The position numbers and the translations under genes are program-made. The notes beneath the pieces are model-generated. The model made no database searches. It saw nothing but the letters and a program-made list of their open reading frames with translations, and was not told where the DNA came from. This document shows positions 26,404-38,295 of a DNA stretch of 43,943 nucleotides, one piece after another; positions within the stretch are counted from its first letter, which is position 1; every line of letters begins with the position of its first letter. The DNA comes from Candidatus Binatia bacterium (GTDB lineage Bacteria; Desulfobacterota; Binatia; Bin18), in contig CAXXHG010000042.1 of the NCBI GenBank assembly GCA_963666315.2, positions 1-43,943 on the forward strand, in the 5' to 3' direction.

Positions 26404-28620
26404 ATGGCACCCTCACCCCCGGTTGATCTCCAACTTGCTCACGATCACGGTCTGTCAACCGACGAGTACAACCAGATCGTCCAGACCCTGGGCCGCAGCC
26501 CAACCTTCGAAGAACTCGGCGTGTTCTCGGTCATGTGGTCGGAGCATTGTAGCTATAAAAGCTCGCGGCATTTCCTACGCCGTTTACCGACCACTGGTCC
26601 GGCCATCCTGCAAGGTCCGGGGGAGAATGCAGGCATCGTCGACCTCGGCGAGGGGCTGGCGGCGGTATTTAAAATCGAAAGCCATAACCACCCGTCTTTC
26701 ATTGAGCCGTATCACGGGGCAGCAACGGGGGTAGGCGGAATTTTACGCGATATCTTTACGATGGGGGCACGGCCCGTCGCCTCGCTCAACTCTCTGCGTT
26801 TTGGTGCTATCGATCACCCACGCACATCACAGCTTGTCAAAGGCGTTGTGGCGGGCATTGGCGGCTATGGCAATAGCGTCGGCGTACCTACGGTGGGCGG
26901 CGAAGTCTACTTCGACTCCGGCTACAACGGCAACATTCTCGTTAATGCCTTTACGCTCGGTATTGCACGGGCGGATCGGATTTTTCGCGCCCGGGCAGCC
27001 GGTGTCGGTAATCCGGTTATCTATGTCGGCTCACGGACCGGCCGGGACGGCATACATGGTGCCAGCCTGCTCGCCTCACGAGAGTTTGACGAGCGCTCCG
27101 AGGAACTCCGCCCCGCCGTTCAGGTTGGCGACCCATTCACCGAGAACGTCCTGATCGAAGCCTGCTTAGAGCTCATGCAGCACGATCTTATTGTCGGGAT
27201 TCAGGATATGGGCGCGGCAGGGCTCACCAGCTCTTCGGTCGAAATGGCTGACCGAGGTGAAGCCGGTATTGTGCTGACTCTCGATGATGTCCCTACGCGA
27301 GAAGAAGAGATAACCCCCTACGAACTCCTGCTCTCCGAGTCGCAGGAACGCATGCTCATTGTGGCCAAAGACGGCTGCGAAGAGGCAGTCAAAGCCGTCT
27401 TTGACAAATGGGGCCTCCAGGCGGTAGTGATCGGCGAGGTCACCGATGACGGGCTGTTCCGAACGATATGGCACGGAGAAGAGGTCGTTCGCATTCCCGT
27501 GCCGGCTCTTACCTCAGAGGCCCCCGTCTATGAACGTCGTGCGGAACAGCCTTCCGATTTAGTTCAGCGGCAGCAACTTGACCTGACAGCCTTCCCCTTA
27601 CCTACGGACTACGCTGAGGTCCTGAGCACACTTGTAACGACACCCAATATTGCCAGCAAAGAATGGGTCTATCGCCAATATGATTCCCTTGTTGGAGGCA
27701 ACACGGTTGTTCAGCCGGGATCTGATGCCGCCATTATACGGCTCAAAGAATCGAACAAGGGCATAGGCATAAGTGTGGATTGCAATAGTCGTTACTGCGC
27801 GCTCGACCCGTACCGCGGAGCGGCCATTGCCGTAGTGGAGAGTGCCCGGAATCTTGCCGTAAGTGGCGCAAAACCAGTCGCCCTATCCGATTGCCTCAAC
27901 TTCGGCAACCCTGAGAAACCGGAGGTCATGTGGCAGTTTACTCAGGCAATTGACGGCATCCGAGATGCGTGTGAGGCTCTTGAGCTGGCGGTGGTCAGTG
28001 GCAACGTCAGCTTCTATAATGAGACAGATGGGCGAGCTATTCCGCCAACGCCGACGATTGCTATGGTCGGTATTCTTGAAGATGTCACCCAGCATGTCAC
28101 CCAGTGGTTTAAACATACGGGCGATATTATAGTGTTATTAGGAGAAACACACGAAGAACTCGGCGCCAGTGAGTATCTGGCCGTTATACACGAGCAAGAG
28201 TGTGGCGTTCCTCCTATGCTAGATCTGGAACGTGAGAAGCAGTTGCAACAGATATGCTTGCAGGCTTGTCGCGAACGTCTCTTCTCTTCTGCCCATGATG
28301 TCGCAGAAGGCGGACTAGCCGTCGCGCTGGCGGAATCCTGCATAACCAATCCTCACTCCGCTCTTGGCGCTCGGGTGTCGTTGCAGGGTGACCTACGCCC
28401 TGACGCTTTGCTTTTTGGGGAGAGTCAGTCACGCGTCGTTGTTTCTGTCCAGCCGGATCGCTGGCCCCAGCTCCAGGAACTGCTACAATCAGACGGCCTG
28501 CCCCATACCGTCTTGGGCGAAGTCGGCGGAACAGAACTCGAAATTTTGGGCCATCTCAAAATCTCAGCAGCGTCCTTACGCAACCAGTGGCGAGCGGCTC
28601 TCGGCCGTCAGCTCACCTAA
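26404..28620 (+). CDS. purL: FGAM synthase subunit PurL
   Basis: [37 protein letters not shown]; ATG 26404. Confidence 0.97.
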   Translation: MAPSPPVDLQLAHDHGLSTDEYNQIVQTLGRSPTFEELGVFSVMWSEHCSYKSSRHFLRRLPTTGPAILQGPGENAGIVDLGEGLAAVFKIESHNHPSFIEPYHGAATGVGGILRDIFTMGARPVASLNSLRFGAIDHPRTSQLVKGVVAGIGGYGNSVGVPTVGGEVYFDSGYNGNILVNAFTLGIARADRIFRARAAGVGNPVIYVGSRTGRDGIHGASLLASREFDERSEELRPAVQVGDPFTENVLIEACLELMQHDLIVGIQDMGAAGLTSSSVEMADRGEAGIVLTLDDVPTREEEITPYELLLSESQERMLIVAKDGCEEAVKAVFDKWGLQAVVIGEVTDDGLFRTIWHGEEVVRIPVPALTSEAPVYERRAEQPSDLVQRQQLDLTAFPLPTDYAEVLSTLVTTPNIASKEWVYRQYDSLVGGNTVVQPGSDAAIIRLKESNKGIGISVDCNSRYCALDPYRGAAIAVVESARNLAVSGAKPVALSDCLNFGNPEKPEVMWQFTQAIDGIRDACEALELAVVSGNVSFYNETDGRAIPPTPTIAMVGILEDVTQHVTQWFKHTGDIIVLLGETHEELGASEYLAVIHEQECGVPPMLDLEREKQLQQICLQACRERLFSSAHDVAEGGLAVALAESCITNPHSALGARVSLQGDLRPDALLFGESQSRVVVSVQPDRWPQLQELLQSDGLPHTVLGEVGGTELEILGHLKISAASLRNQWRAALGRQLT

Positions 28621-28635
28621 GCGGGGAGGGATAGC

Positions 28636-30081
28636 ATGATGCACGACCAAGCCGATGAGGTGTTCGACCGCTTCCATGAGGAGTGCGGGGTGGTGGGAAT
28701 CTATGGTCACCCCGAAGCTGCCAATCTTGCTTACTTGTCTTTGTACGCACTCCAACATCGGGGACAAGAATCCGCAGGTATTACCTCATCAAACGGCCAG
28801 ACCCTGCTGACACATAAAGGGATGGGGCTGGTGGCTGATGTTTTCGATGAAAAATTGATTCGGCGCTTAGAGGGGCCGAGTGCAATTGGGCAGAATCGCT
28901 ATTCCACGGCAGGCTCGACCACCATCAAAAATTGCCAGCCCCTGCTGGCGAAGTACACGCATGGCTCGTTGGCAATTGCGCATAACGGTAACCTCGTCAA
29001 TGCCGAAGAACTGCGTGCTCGGCTCGAAGAGGGCGGGTCTATTTTCCAGTCTACGGTTGATACGGAAGTCATTCTGCACCTCATTGCCGCCTCACCGGCA
29101 CCGACGCCGATCGACCGTATTATCGATGCGTTAGCCCAAGTGCGAGGAGCCTATTCCCTGGTGTTTCTCGGCGAAGACCATATGGTCGCCGCACGTGATC
29201 CCCACGGATTCCGGCCCCTGGTGCTGGGTCGGCTGAAGCACGCGGGGCACACGGGTTATGTGGTGGCCTCTGAGACCTGCGCCCTGGATCTGATTGGTGC
29301 GGTATATGAACGTGATGTCCAGGCCGGAGAAATTTTGCTCTTCGACGCGCACGGCATGACTTCGCATTCTCCGTTCCCGAAAAAGTCCTCCGCCCAGTGT
29401 ATTTTTGAACATGTCTATTTTGCACGGCCGGATAGCACCATATTCGGACAAAACGTCTACCAAGCCCGGAAAGCCTTTGGCCATCAGCTTGCCAAGGAAT
29501 CCGCCGTACCAGCGGACGTCGTGATTTCCGTTCCAGACTCTGGAACCCCCGCCGCTCTCGGCTATGCCGAAGAATCCAAGCTGCCCTTTGAAATGGGTCT
29601 GATCCGTAATCATTATATCGGCCGGACCTTTATTGAGCCCCAATCGTCCATCCGTCACTTTGGGGTCAAAGTCAAGCTGAACGCGCTGGCCGAAGTCTTG
29701 CATGGCAAGCGCGTCGTTGTGGTGGACGACTCGATTGTACGCGGGACGACAAGTCAGAAAATCGTCAAAATGATTCGATCTGCCGGGGCGAGCGAAGTGC
29801 ATTTACGCATTAGTTCTCCCCCGACCACTGGCCCCTGTTTTTATGGAGTCGACACGCCGACCCGCCGGGAGCTGATTGCCGCGACTCATTCCGTAGAAGA
29901 GATCTGCCGCTATGTGACGGCCGATAGCCTGGCCTATCTGAGTGAAGCCGGCATGTATGCCGGCTTCAACGCCCAGGGCAACGGCTATTGTGACGCCTGC
30001 TTTACCGGCCGCTACCCGCTGGCCCTAGGGAGCCGGCCAAAAGGGAGCCAGCTGCCTCTGTTTGGCGAACAGGACCAGTAG
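28636..30081 (+). CDS. purF: amidophosphoribosyltransferase
   Basis: propeptide plus E|CG, QHRGQE, HNGN, PRPP motif [11 protein letters not shown], Fe-S cysteines C.FE, PCFYG, CDAC. Confidence 0.97.
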   Translation: MMHDQADEVFDRFHEECGVVGIYGHPEAANLAYLSLYALQHRGQESAGITSSNGQTLLTHKGMGLVADVFDEKLIRRLEGPSAIGQNRYSTAGSTTIKNCQPLLAKYTHGSLAIAHNGNLVNAEELRARLEEGGSIFQSTVDTEVILHLIAASPAPTPIDRIIDALAQVRGAYSLVFLGEDHMVAARDPHGFRPLVLGRLKHAGHTGYVVASETCALDLIGAVYERDVQAGEILLFDAHGMTSHSPFPKKSSAQCIFEHVYFARPDSTIFGQNVYQARKAFGHQLAKESAVPADVVISVPDSGTPAALGYAEESKLPFEMGLIRNHYIGRTFIEPQSSIRHFGVKVKLNALAEVLHGKRVVVVDDSIVRGTTSQKIVKMIRSAGASEVHLRISSPPTTGPCFYGVDTPTRRELIAATHSVEEICRYVTADSLAYLSEAGMYAGFNAQGNGYCDACFTGRYPLALGSRPKGSQLPLFGEQDQ

Positions 30082-31660
30082 CGCCCAGCACGGTATCCCG
30101 TCGCCACTCTTTGTCGTCTGTGTCAGGATAGTCAGCAGTTGCATGCAATCCGCGACTTTCCTTGCGCTGGCTTGCACACCGAATAATCAGTTCGGCGACC
30201 GTCGCTAGGTTCCGCAATTCCAGCAGATCAGTCGTGACCAAGAACTTCCAGTAATAGTCCCGAATTTCTTTCTGAATGAGGGCGATCCGACTCCGTGCGC
30301 TTGCCAAACGCCGGTCACTGCGCAGCACGCCGACATAGTCCCACATCAGCCGCCGAATCTCTTCCCACGTGTGCGTCACAACGACACGCTCATTACTACC
30401 CACGGCATGGCCTGGATTCCAGGTTGGAAAGGGCGGGCAGCCCGAGGCATCGCTCTTGAGCAGTGCTTGTGCGTGCAGAAAAACACGCTGGGCAAGCACC
30501 ACGGCTTCAAGCAACGAGTTTGAGGCGAGCCGATTGGCCCCATGCAAGCCGGTCATCGCCACCTCTCCTGCTGCGTAGAGACGTGGGATGGACGTTGCCC
30601 CATGGAGATCAACCACTACACCGCCACACAAATAGTGTGCGGCAGGCACGACGGGGATAGGATCCGTCGTCAGATCAATCCCAAATTCCAAACAGCGCTG
30701 AGAGATAGCCGGAAAGCGACGACGCAAGTAATCGGCCTCACGATGACGAATATCGAGCAGCACGTGCGAGAAGCCGTGCGTCTTCATTTCCGTATCAATC
30801 GCCCGGGCGACCACATCTCGAGGCGCGAGTTCAGCCCGGGGATCATACCGGGACATAAAGGGCTGCCCATCCGGCCGCTTGAGGATGGCCCCTTCTCCGC
30901 GTAGGGCTTCGGAAATAAGGAAAGATTTTGCCTGGGGGTGGAATACACAGGTCGGATGAAACTGGAAAAATTCCATGTTCGCGATAGGCGCTCCTGCTCG
31001 GTATGCCATGGCGATGCCGTCACCGGTCGCCACATCCGGATTACTCGTATACAGATATACCTTCCCGGCTCCACCCGTACACAGCACGGTGACGCGGGCC
31101 GCTAAGGTTTTCACCGTATTCGTTTCTTGATCAAGGACATACGCGCCCCAGCATTCCCGTCCGGCAGCATGTGCGGTGACGAGCAGATCGATGCCGACGT
31201 GTTTTTCGAGAATCGTCACATTCGGCCGCTGCCGCACGGCAGCGATCAGGGCCCGGATAATCTCCTGACCGGTCGCATCGGCAGCGTGCAAGATACGTCG
31301 GTACGAATGTCCACCTTCAAGTCCAAGATCGTACTCGGTCTCTGCTCCTTCGGGGCGACGTGAAAAATTCGTCCCAAGGGCAATCAATTCACGAATGCGA
31401 TCCGGCCCCTCCCGGACCATTGTCTCAACAACGTCAGGATGGCACAGGCCCGCTCCAGCGACCAAGGTGTCTTGAATATGGGAAGTAAATGAATCGTCAG
31501 GACTCCACACAGACGCAATCCCGCCTTGTGCATAGGCGCTATTACTCTCCGGCAGGCGGTCTTTGGTCACAATCGTTACAGCGTAATTGTCTGAGATCTT
31601 GAGCGCGAGGCTTAAGCCAGCAATGCCGCTGCCGATAATGAGGTAGTCTAAAGCCGTCAT
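30002..31660 (-). CDS. nadB: L-aspartate oxidase
   Basis: [51 protein letters not shown]; start could be 31660 or 31672. Confidence 0.95.
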   Translation of the reverse strand: MTALDYLIIGSGIAGLSLALKISDNYAVTIVTKDRLPESNSAYAQGGIASVWSPDDSFTSHIQDTLVAGAGLCHPDVVETMVREGPDRIRELIALGTNFSRRPEGAETEYDLGLEGGHSYRRILHAADATGQEIIRALIAAVRQRPNVTILEKHVGIDLLVTAHAAGRECWGAYVLDQETNTVKTLAARVTVLCTGGAGKVYLYTSNPDVATGDGIAMAYRAGAPIANMEFFQFHPTCVFHPQAKSFLISEALRGEGAILKRPDGQPFMSRYDPRAELAPRDVVARAIDTEMKTHGFSHVLLDIRHREADYLRRRFPAISQRCLEFGIDLTTDPIPVVPAAHYLCGGVVVDLHGATSIPRLYAAGEVAMTGLHGANRLASNSLLEAVVLAQRVFLHAQALLKSDASGCPPFPTWNPGHAVGSNERVVVTHTWEEIRRLMWDYVGVLRSDRRLASARSRIALIQKEIRDYYWKFLVTTDLLELRNLATVAELIIRCASQRKESRGLHATADYPDTDDKEWRRDTVLGATGPVRQTEAAGSLLAGSLGPAGSGR

Positions 31661-31757
31661 CAAGTGGCCCATTGCTCTCACGCGATCTCGCCCAAGTCAA
31701 TATGGGACAAGCAAATTTGCTCCTCTCATGACAAATCTTTTATCCTGAAAAAACACG

Positions 31758-32416
31758 ATGCAGCACAGCTGGAACACCCTGATCCGCCGGATGAGCCTTC
31801 CCTTGGCGTTCCTGGCGTCCCTGACCGGAATAGGGGCAATGTTGAGTACGCCGGCGAGGGCTGATATCTACGTCTACCGGGACCGCGCCGGAGTCGTCCA
31901 CTTCACAGATACGCCTACCCGTCCACGCTACGAGGTCCACCCGCTTTTCAAGTCCCGCCGCCGAAGCACCGCTAAAGACAAATATTTCAAAGACAGCGCA
32001 GCATTTGATAGTCTTATTGTGAGGGCCTGCCGCCGCTACAACGTTGAATACGCCTTGGTCAAAGCCGTTATTAAAGCCGAGTCAGCTTTCAATCCCAGGG
32101 CCTGCTCTTCGGCTGGAGCCCGAGGTCTCATGCAGCTCATGCCTGCGACGGCCGCGCACCATGGTGTCACTGATATATATTCTCCCCATGATAATATTGG
32201 GGCGGCGTACGCCATCTGCGCTATCTCCTGGACCATTTTCATGGCAATATCTCCCTGGTACTCGCCGCTTATAATGCCGGAGTGGGGGCAGTAACAGAGT
32301 ATCAAGGGATTTCGCCCTACGTAGAAACACAACAGTATGTACAACGTGTACTTCGCTATCGCACGGCCTATCGGCGGCGCCGTGCTGCCATCCTGAAACA
32401 GACGTTCATTCGCTAA
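31758..32416 (+). CDS. lytic transglycosylase (DUF4124-like N-terminus plus SLT domain), frameshift near 32200
   Basis: DIYVY.D..GVVHFTD.P; KAES.FNP.A.S.AGARGLMQLMP; adding one base at the G run 32199-32202 restores NIGGGVRHLRYLL...LAAYNAG...PYVETQQYVQRV to TAA 32414-32416. Confidence 0.85.
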
Positions 32417-32434
32417 CGGTAGGGACAACTGCAT

Positions 32435-33037
32435 ATGCTAGGCTTACCCAATCTGCTGAGCCTGTTACGCATCGCGCTCATTCCCTTCCTGGTGTATTGC
32501 CTCGCTGATACTGGACCAGTGTCGAGTCTCCTGGCCGCAGGTATTTTCTTCATTGCCAGTCTCACTGACTATTTCGACGGCTATCTTGCTCGCCGGCAAG
32601 GACACCTGACCATTTTAGGAGCATTTCTCGACCCCCTTGCTGATAAACTTATCGTCATGGCAGCTCTCGTTATGCTGGCTGCGGGAGATCGCTTTCCCCG
32701 TGTACCAGCTTGGATGGTCATCATTATCATTGGGCGGGAAATTGCGGTCACCGGGCTACGCAGCATGGCCGCAGGAGAGGGGCTAGTGTTGCCGGCTGAG
32801 TCGCTCGGCAAATATAAGACCCTCTTCCAAATGTTCGCCCTGAACGGCCTCTTGATCCATTACCAATATGGCTGGATCGATTTTCACCTGGCAGGGATGT
32901 ATTTTTTATGGATTGCGCTTGCCCTTGGAGTCTGGTCTGGCATTGACTATCACACAAAAGTAGCGCGTTACCTGATCGCAAAACAGCAGCCTGATACCAA
33001 CTCATTTTCTGGACAGAGTCATCATATCAACGCGTAA
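32435..33037 (+). CDS. pgsA: CDP-diacylglycerol--glycerol-3-phosphate 3-phosphatidyltransferase
   Basis: LPN.LS..R, D..DG.LARR....[10 protein letters not shown]. Confidence 0.93.
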   Translation: MLGLPNLLSLLRIALIPFLVYCLADTGPVSSLLAAGIFFIASLTDYFDGYLARRQGHLTILGAFLDPLADKLIVMAALVMLAAGDRFPRVPAWMVIIIIGREIAVTGLRSMAAGEGLVLPAESLGKYKTLFQMFALNGLLIHYQYGWIDFHLAGMYFLWIALALGVWSGIDYHTKVARYLIAKQQPDTNSFSGQSHHINA

Positions 33038-33072
33038 GAGGCCTACGTTCGGATAGCATAAGGGAGTCAAGG

Positions 33073-34089
33073 ATGAAGGTGCTCGTGACTGGCGTTGGCG
33101 GCTTCATTGGATTTCACGTCAGTAATTATTTACTGAAACGGGGCAATACCGTCGTCGGACTCGATAACCTCAACGAGCACTACGACGTTCGTCTCAAAGA
33201 GGACCGCCTCACTCAACTCCAGAGATTCCATGAGAGCCGATGCTTTGAATTTATCCGCCTCGATCTTGCCGATCAGTCGGGCATGGAAGAGCTGTTTATC
33301 CAGCATCAACCAGAACGAGTCGTCCATCTCGCGGCGCAGGCTGGAGTGCGGTATTCCCTGACCAACCCGCATGCGTATGTCGAGAGTAATCTCGTCGGGT
33401 TTACAAATATTTTGGAGGGCTGCCGCCATACTAACGTCCAGCATTTAGTCTATGCTTCAAGCAGCTCGGTGTATGGCGCAAATACGAATATGCCCTTCTC
33501 CATTCATGATAACGTCGATCACCCGGTCTCTCTGTATGCAGCTTCGAAAAAAGCAAATGAACTTATGGCCCACACGTACAGCCAGCTGTATAACTTGCCG
33601 ACGACGGGCCTACGCTTTTTCACCGTCTACGGCCCTTGGGGTCGGCCGGACATGGCGCTCTTCCTTTTCACCAAAGCCATTCTGGCTGGCGAGCCAATTG
33701 ACGTGTTTAATCACGGCAAGATGCAGCGCGCCTTTACCTATATCGATGACATTGTTGAAGGCGTCGTGCGCGTTCTCGATCATATCCCGCAACCCAACCC
33801 CAATTGGTCAGGCATGACCCCTGATCCCGGAACAAGCAAAGCCCCGTATCGGCTGTACAACATCGGCAATCACAGTCCGGTTGAGCTGCTACATTTTATC
33901 CAGGTACTAGAAAAGACCTTAGGTCGCACCGCAGAAAAAAGACTTCTGCCCATGCAGCCTGGTGATGTGCCTGCAACATGCGCTGATGTTGAAGATCTCA
34001 TGAACGATGTTGGTTTCCACCCGGAAACAACAATTGAGGAGGGCATTCCGCAGTTTGTGGAATGGTATCGGGAGTATTATAAGGTCTGA
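33073..34089 (+). CDS. NAD-dependent epimerase, UDP-glucuronate 4-epimerase type
   Basis: [41 protein letters not shown]. Confidence 0.9.
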   Translation: MKVLVTGVGGFIGFHVSNYLLKRGNTVVGLDNLNEHYDVRLKEDRLTQLQRFHESRCFEFIRLDLADQSGMEELFIQHQPERVVHLAAQAGVRYSLTNPHAYVESNLVGFTNILEGCRHTNVQHLVYASSSSVYGANTNMPFSIHDNVDHPVSLYAASKKANELMAHTYSQLYNLPTTGLRFFTVYGPWGRPDMALFLFTKAILAGEPIDVFNHGKMQRAFTYIDDIVEGVVRVLDHIPQPNPNWSGMTPDPGTSKAPYRLYNIGNHSPVELLHFIQVLEKTLGRTAEKRLLPMQPGDVPATCADVEDLMNDVGFHPETTIEEGIPQFVEWYREYYKV

Positions 34090-34181
34090 GCCAGATCTCG
34101 CCCTCTACACCAAAACCCTCGCTCTCTAGAGCTGTAAAGCTGGTCAGTTCGCCTCCGGCTTGATAGTCAAACAGCAGGGCT

Positions 34182-34460
34182 TTACCTCTTTACCTCCTGT
34201 TGACTGGGCGTGAGGGTTGTTAGCGCCAGGGCGTGGATAGCCTGCTGCATTTCTTCCGCCAGCGCATCGTAGACCAAACGGTGGCGCTGGACGAGGTTCT
34301 TTCCTTCAAACAACGGCGACACCACCGTCACCCGGTAATGCCCGCCGCCTGACGCGGCTCCGGCGTGGCCCGCGTGGAGAGCACTCTCGTCTTCGACCTG
34401 CACCTCAGTTGCAGACAGCGCTTGCCGGAGCGTGTGTTCAATGCGGTCCGGAGTCGTCAT
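34182..34460 (-). CDS. bolA: BolA family protein
   Basis: DES..HAGH, H..V..VS..FEG...VQRHR.VY, IHAL. Confidence 0.93.
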   Translation of the reverse strand: MTTPDRIEHTLRQALSATEVQVEDESALHAGHAGAASGGGHYRVTVVSPLFEGKNLVQRHRLVYDALAEEMQQAIHALALTTLTPSQQEVKR

Positions 34461-35266
34461 TTGTTCTCCTGGGTTGAAGGGAAAATAGGATCTCGACGCT
34501 CTTTGATCGCTGCCAACCCTTCGCCCACGTCTTCCCCGAAGAAGCCTAACATCTCCAAGGCCAGCGAATAGTCAAACGCCGTATGGGCTGCCGCGCGGAG
34601 CCATTGGTTGAGCGCATGTTTCGTCCAACGAATGGCTTGTTGCGCCCCATTCGCAAGCTTCGTTGCCACTTCCATGGCCTTCGGCATGACGTCATCATGC
34701 GGGACGACCATACTAATCAGACCAATCCGCTCGGCCTCTTTGGCATCCAACATAGCACACGTCAGTAGGTAATATTTGGCCTTTGCCATGCCAACCAGCA
34801 GAGGCCAGATAACGGCAGCATGATCCCCAGCAGCAACGCCCAATCGGGTATGGCCATCAGTAAAACGTGCCTTCTCTGAGGCAATACTAATGTCAGCCAA
34901 TAAGGCAACTGCCAAGCCGGCGCCAACGGCAACACCATTAATGGCTGAGATAATGGGTTTATCGCAGTTGATCATATTATGCACAATGTCGCGGGCTTCT
35001 TTCATGGTTTTCGATACCACCTCCAGGTTGCCGATCGATTTCTCGACAACGTCGAAATCCCCGCCAGCAGAAAATGCCCGTCCGGCTCCCGTGATTACCG
35101 CCACCCGCACTTCCGGGTCATCCGCAATATCGAGCCAGATTTTACTCAGTTCATAGTGCAACCGAAAATTCGCCGAGTTCAGTGACTCGGGTCGATTAAT
35201 TGTTAATACGGCAATTCCGTCTTTCTTCTCAATCAGGAGATGTTGGTAATCTTCTCTGTAGGCCAT
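34457..35266 (-). CDS. enoyl-CoA hydratase/isomerase family protein
   Basis: NRPE.LN, AFSAGGD, KPIISAING.AVGAG, DGHTRLGVAAGD. Confidence 0.9.
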   Translation of the reverse strand: MAYREDYQHLLIEKKDGIAVLTINRPESLNSANFRLHYELSKIWLDIADDPEVRVAVITGAGRAFSAGGDFDVVEKSIGNLEVVSKTMKEARDIVHNMINCDKPIISAINGVAVGAGLAVALLADISIASEKARFTDGHTRLGVAAGDHAAVIWPLLVGMAKAKYYLLTCAMLDAKEAERIGLISMVVPHDDVMPKAMEVATKLANGAQQAIRWTKHALNQWLRAAAHTAFDYSLALEMLGFFGEDVGEGLAAIKERRDPIFPSTQENK

Positions 35267-35371
35267 TTACTCCTCCTTCTTTCTTTCGATGCTAGGCGCG
35301 CTTTTTCAAAGCCCGGCGGATGTGTACAGGCGACGTGGGACGTCCAGAGCAGGTCCCTCTCACACGCACGC

Positions 35372-38068
35372 CTAATGCGCCTCTGCCCAATTGCTCCCCA
35401 CACCAAGATCCACGAGGAGGGGCACGCTGAGTGACATCACCCCCTGCATGCTGTCGCGCACCAACACTTTGACCCGCTCAATCTCATCTTGCGGCACTTC
35501 GAATACGAGTTCATCGTGCACTTGGAGTAGCATTCTGGTATGCAGTTGCTCTTGCGTGAACTGGCGCGCAATCCTGACCATGGCCATTTTAATCAAATCA
35601 GCCGCCGTCCCCTGGATGGGTGTATTAATGGCCACCCGCTCGGCTGCACTTGCAAGCTGTGGACTTTTGCTGGCCAGGTCCGGGACATATCTTCGGCGAC
35701 CGAAGAGCGTAGTGACATAGCCCAGTTCTTTGGCACTCACCAAAGTCCCGTCCATATAGGTTTTAATACCGCTATAGCGACTAAAATATTGCTCAATATA
35801 GGCCTGTGCCGTTTTGAAAGTAATATGCAGTGAACGGGCCAGCCGCCTCGCTCCCATGCCGTAAATAAGACCGAAATTAATCGTTTTGGCCTCACGCCGT
35901 TGGTCGCTCGTAACGTCTTGGATGGATGTCTCAAAGATTTCCGCTGCCGTTCGAGCATGGACGTCCTGCCCCTGCTGGAAGGATTCGACCAAGACCGGGT
36001 CTTGACTGAGGTGAGCCAAGAGGCGGAGCTCAATCTGGGAATAGTCCGCAGACAGTAGTGCCCAGCCTGGTTCCGGAACAAAGGCGGTTCGGATACGCCG
36101 TCCCGCCTCGCTCCGGATGGGAATATTTTGCAAATTTGGATTGCTCGACGACAAGCGTCCGGTTGCCGTCACGGTCTGATTAAACGAGGTGTGAACCCGT
36201 CCCGTGTCTTCACGGATGAGCTTAGGCAGAGCATCCACATACGTGCTCTGGAGCTTGGCAAAACTCCGATACGCCAAAATCTTCTCCGGTAAAGGAAAAT
36301 CTTCAGCCAGTCGCTCTAGCACGGAGGAATCGGTTGACGATCCCGTCTTGGTCTTCTTACCGCGCGGAAGTCCGAGCTTGTCAAAGAGAATATGCTGCAG
36401 CTGTTTGGGAGAGGCGATGTTAAACGGCTCTCCAGCCATATCGTGAATTTCCGCTTCAAGCCGGCTGCGTTGCTGCCCAAATTCGTCGGAGAGTCCGGCA
36501 AGCACCTCGGTATCGATGCGCATGCCCGTCCGTTCCATTTGTGCCAGAACCTGAACGAGCGGCGTTTCGATATCGGAGAACAGGCTTTGCATGCCCTCTT
36601 CTTCTACTCGTGGAAACAGCCGATGTGCCAGGCGGAGGGTGATATCGGCATCTTCGCCTGCATAGCGCGTTGCTTCTTCGACCCGGACCTCAGAAAAGTT
36701 CTTTTTTGCACCATCGGTTACTGACTCGTACGTCACCATTGCGTAGTGGAGATGTTCCTGAGCAAGGTCGTTCAGATTATGGCGCCGAGTCGGATTTAAT
36801 AGATATGAGGCCAGCATCGTATCGGCCAGGCGATTGTGGGAGAGTAATCCATAATTAGCTAAGACCGCGAGGTCGTATTTAAGATTCTGGCCAATGAGGG
36901 TAAGCGTTGTATCCTCAAAAAGGGTACGAATGGCCGCAACAACCTCTTCCCGAGGGACGTGGGGAGCTGCATCCTCTGAACAGTGGGCGATTGGAATATA
37001 CCAGGCTTTCTGCTCCTCAACAGCAAGCGAGACGCCAACGAGTTCGGCATCAAGCGGATTCAGTGCGGTTGTTTCCGTATCCAGACAAAAGGTTTTCGCG
37101 ATACGGATTTTCTTGATGATGTCGTTGAGCTGCTGTACGGTTCGGACGGTTTCGTACTCACCTGTAGGCTCTGCAAGCCCTTGTCGCTCATCATCCAGAG
37201 AAAACTCCCAGGTTGTGTCCAGATCAGCCAGGAACCGGCGGAATTCAAACTCGGTAAAGAGTTCTCGGAGACGATCATGATCCGGCTCCGTGACTGCGAA
37301 GTCTTCAAGAGCAGGCTCCAGCGGCACATCGGTCCGTAGCGTGGCGAGCGTTTTCGATAGGCGGGCCAACTCCGCGTTCTCGCGTATTCGCTCCCCCAGT
37401 TTGCCCTTGATGCTTGTAGCATTTTTCAGAACCCCATCTAGATTCTGCCATTGCGTAATCAGCTTAATAGCCGTCTTCTCGCCAACACCGGGGATACCGG
37501 GGATATTGTCAGTCGGATCGCCCATCAAGGCTTGCACTTCGATCACGCGTCCGGGATCGACGCCAAACTTTTCCCGGACCTCGGCAAGACCAATATGCTT
37601 GTCCTTCATGGTGTCGAGCATGGTCACCCGCTCGGAGACTACCTGCATTAAGTCTTTATCTCCAGTGACAATCACCACCTCGACTCCGTGCTGCTCCCAG
37701 CGTTTTGCCAAGGTCGCCAGGATGTCATCAGCCTCGTAGCCCGGCAGCTCAAGGACAGGAATATTATAGGCTTGGACAATGTCTTTAATCCGAGGAATTT
37801 GGACACGCAGCTCATCCGGCATTCTGCTGCGATTGGCTTTATACTCCGGGTAGAAGTCGTGTCGAAAAGTCTTACCCGGTGAGTCAAAGACCATTCCTAG
37901 ATGGCTTGGCGCGTGTTCGTCATGAATACGCTGCAGCATGTTGACAAAGCCGAAGATCGCATTTGTCGGAAAGCCATGGGAATTTGTCAGGTCCCGGACC
38001 GCATAGAAGCCGCGGTAGATATACGACTGCCCGTCAATGAGAAAAACTGGTGTTTTGAGTTGTGTCAC
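35372..38068 (-). CDS. polA: DNA polymerase I
   Basis: FLIDG, EADD, GD..DNIPG, exonuclease DTETT, TGRLSS, DYSQIELR, K.INFG.IYG, QVHDEL; GTG start at 38068 or 38071. Confidence 0.97.
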   Translation of the reverse strand: MTQLKTPVFLIDGQSYIYRGFYAVRDLTNSHGFPTNAIFGFVNMLQRIHDEHAPSHLGMVFDSPGKTFRHDFYPEYKANRSRMPDELRVQIPRIKDIVQAYNIPVLELPGYEADDILATLAKRWEQHGVEVVIVTGDKDLMQVVSERVTMLDTMKDKHIGLAEVREKFGVDPGRVIEVQALMGDPTDNIPGIPGVGEKTAIKLITQWQNLDGVLKNATSIKGKLGERIRENAELARLSKTLATLRTDVPLEPALEDFAVTEPDHDRLRELFTEFEFRRFLADLDTTWEFSLDDERQGLAEPTGEYETVRTVQQLNDIIKKIRIAKTFCLDTETTALNPLDAELVGVSLAVEEQKAWYIPIAHCSEDAAPHVPREEVVAAIRTLFEDTTLTLIGQNLKYDLAVLANYGLLSHNRLADTMLASYLLNPTRRHNLNDLAQEHLHYAMVTYESVTDGAKKNFSEVRVEEATRYAGEDADITLRLAHRLFPRVEEEGMQSLFSDIETPLVQVLAQMERTGMRIDTEVLAGLSDEFGQQRSRLEAEIHDMAGEPFNIASPKQLQHILFDKLGLPRGKKTKTGSSTDSSVLERLAEDFPLPEKILAYRSFAKLQSTYVDALPKLIREDTGRVHTSFNQTVTATGRLSSSNPNLQNIPIRSEAGRRIRTAFVPEPGWALLSADYSQIELRLLAHLSQDPVLVESFQQGQDVHARTAAEIFETSIQDVTSDQRREAKTINFGLIYGMGARRLARSLHITFKTAQAYIEQYFSRYSGIKTYMDGTLVSAKELGYVTTLFGRRRYVPDLASKSPQLASAAERVAINTPIQGTAADLIKMAMVRIARQFTQEQLHTRMLLQVHDELVFEVPQDEIERVKVLVRDSMQGVMSLSVPLLVDLGVGSNWAEAH

Positions 38069-38074
38069 CACGCA

Positions 38075-38103
38075 ACTGTGGCAGGAGAGAGCGAGAGCGT
38101 CAA
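38075..38103 (-). promoter_or_regulatory. putative polA promoter
   Basis: TTGACG-N17-CACAGT with an extended -10 TG. Confidence 0.4.
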
Positions 38104-38140
38104 GGGAAACCCGTTCGCAACCCGGTAGAGCAGTTCTTAC

Positions 38141-38167
38141 AGAAAGAAAAAGCCCCGAATGGGACTT
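38141..38167 (-). terminator. Rho-independent terminator after tRNA-Gly(GCC)
   Basis: AAGTCCC-ATTC-GGGGCTT stem followed by a T-rich tract. Confidence 0.6.
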
Positions 38168-38173
38168 AAAGGA

Positions 38174-38247
38174 AGCGGGTGACCGGAGTCGAACCGGCGA
38201 CCTTGTGCTTGGCAAGCACACGCTCTAGCCAGCTGAGCTACACCCGC
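38174..38247 (-). tRNA. tRNA-Gly (GCC), CCA not encoded
   Basis: acceptor GCGGGTG/CACCCGC, anticodon arm TGTGC-TTGCCAA-GCACA, T loop TTCGACT. Confidence 0.97.
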
Positions 38248-38267
38248 GTTGTGCTAACTGAAGGCTG

Positions 38268-38295
38268 AATGTACCACACGCCAACAAGGAGTCAA
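38268..38295 (-). promoter_or_regulatory. sigma70 promoter for tRNA-Gly(GCC)
   Basis: TTGACT-N16-TACATT with an extended TG; the -35 overlaps the dut stop codon. Confidence 0.55.

Noticed and set aside
38072-38221. Extension of the polA ORF
   Set aside because: Overlaps tRNA-Gly and its terminator.
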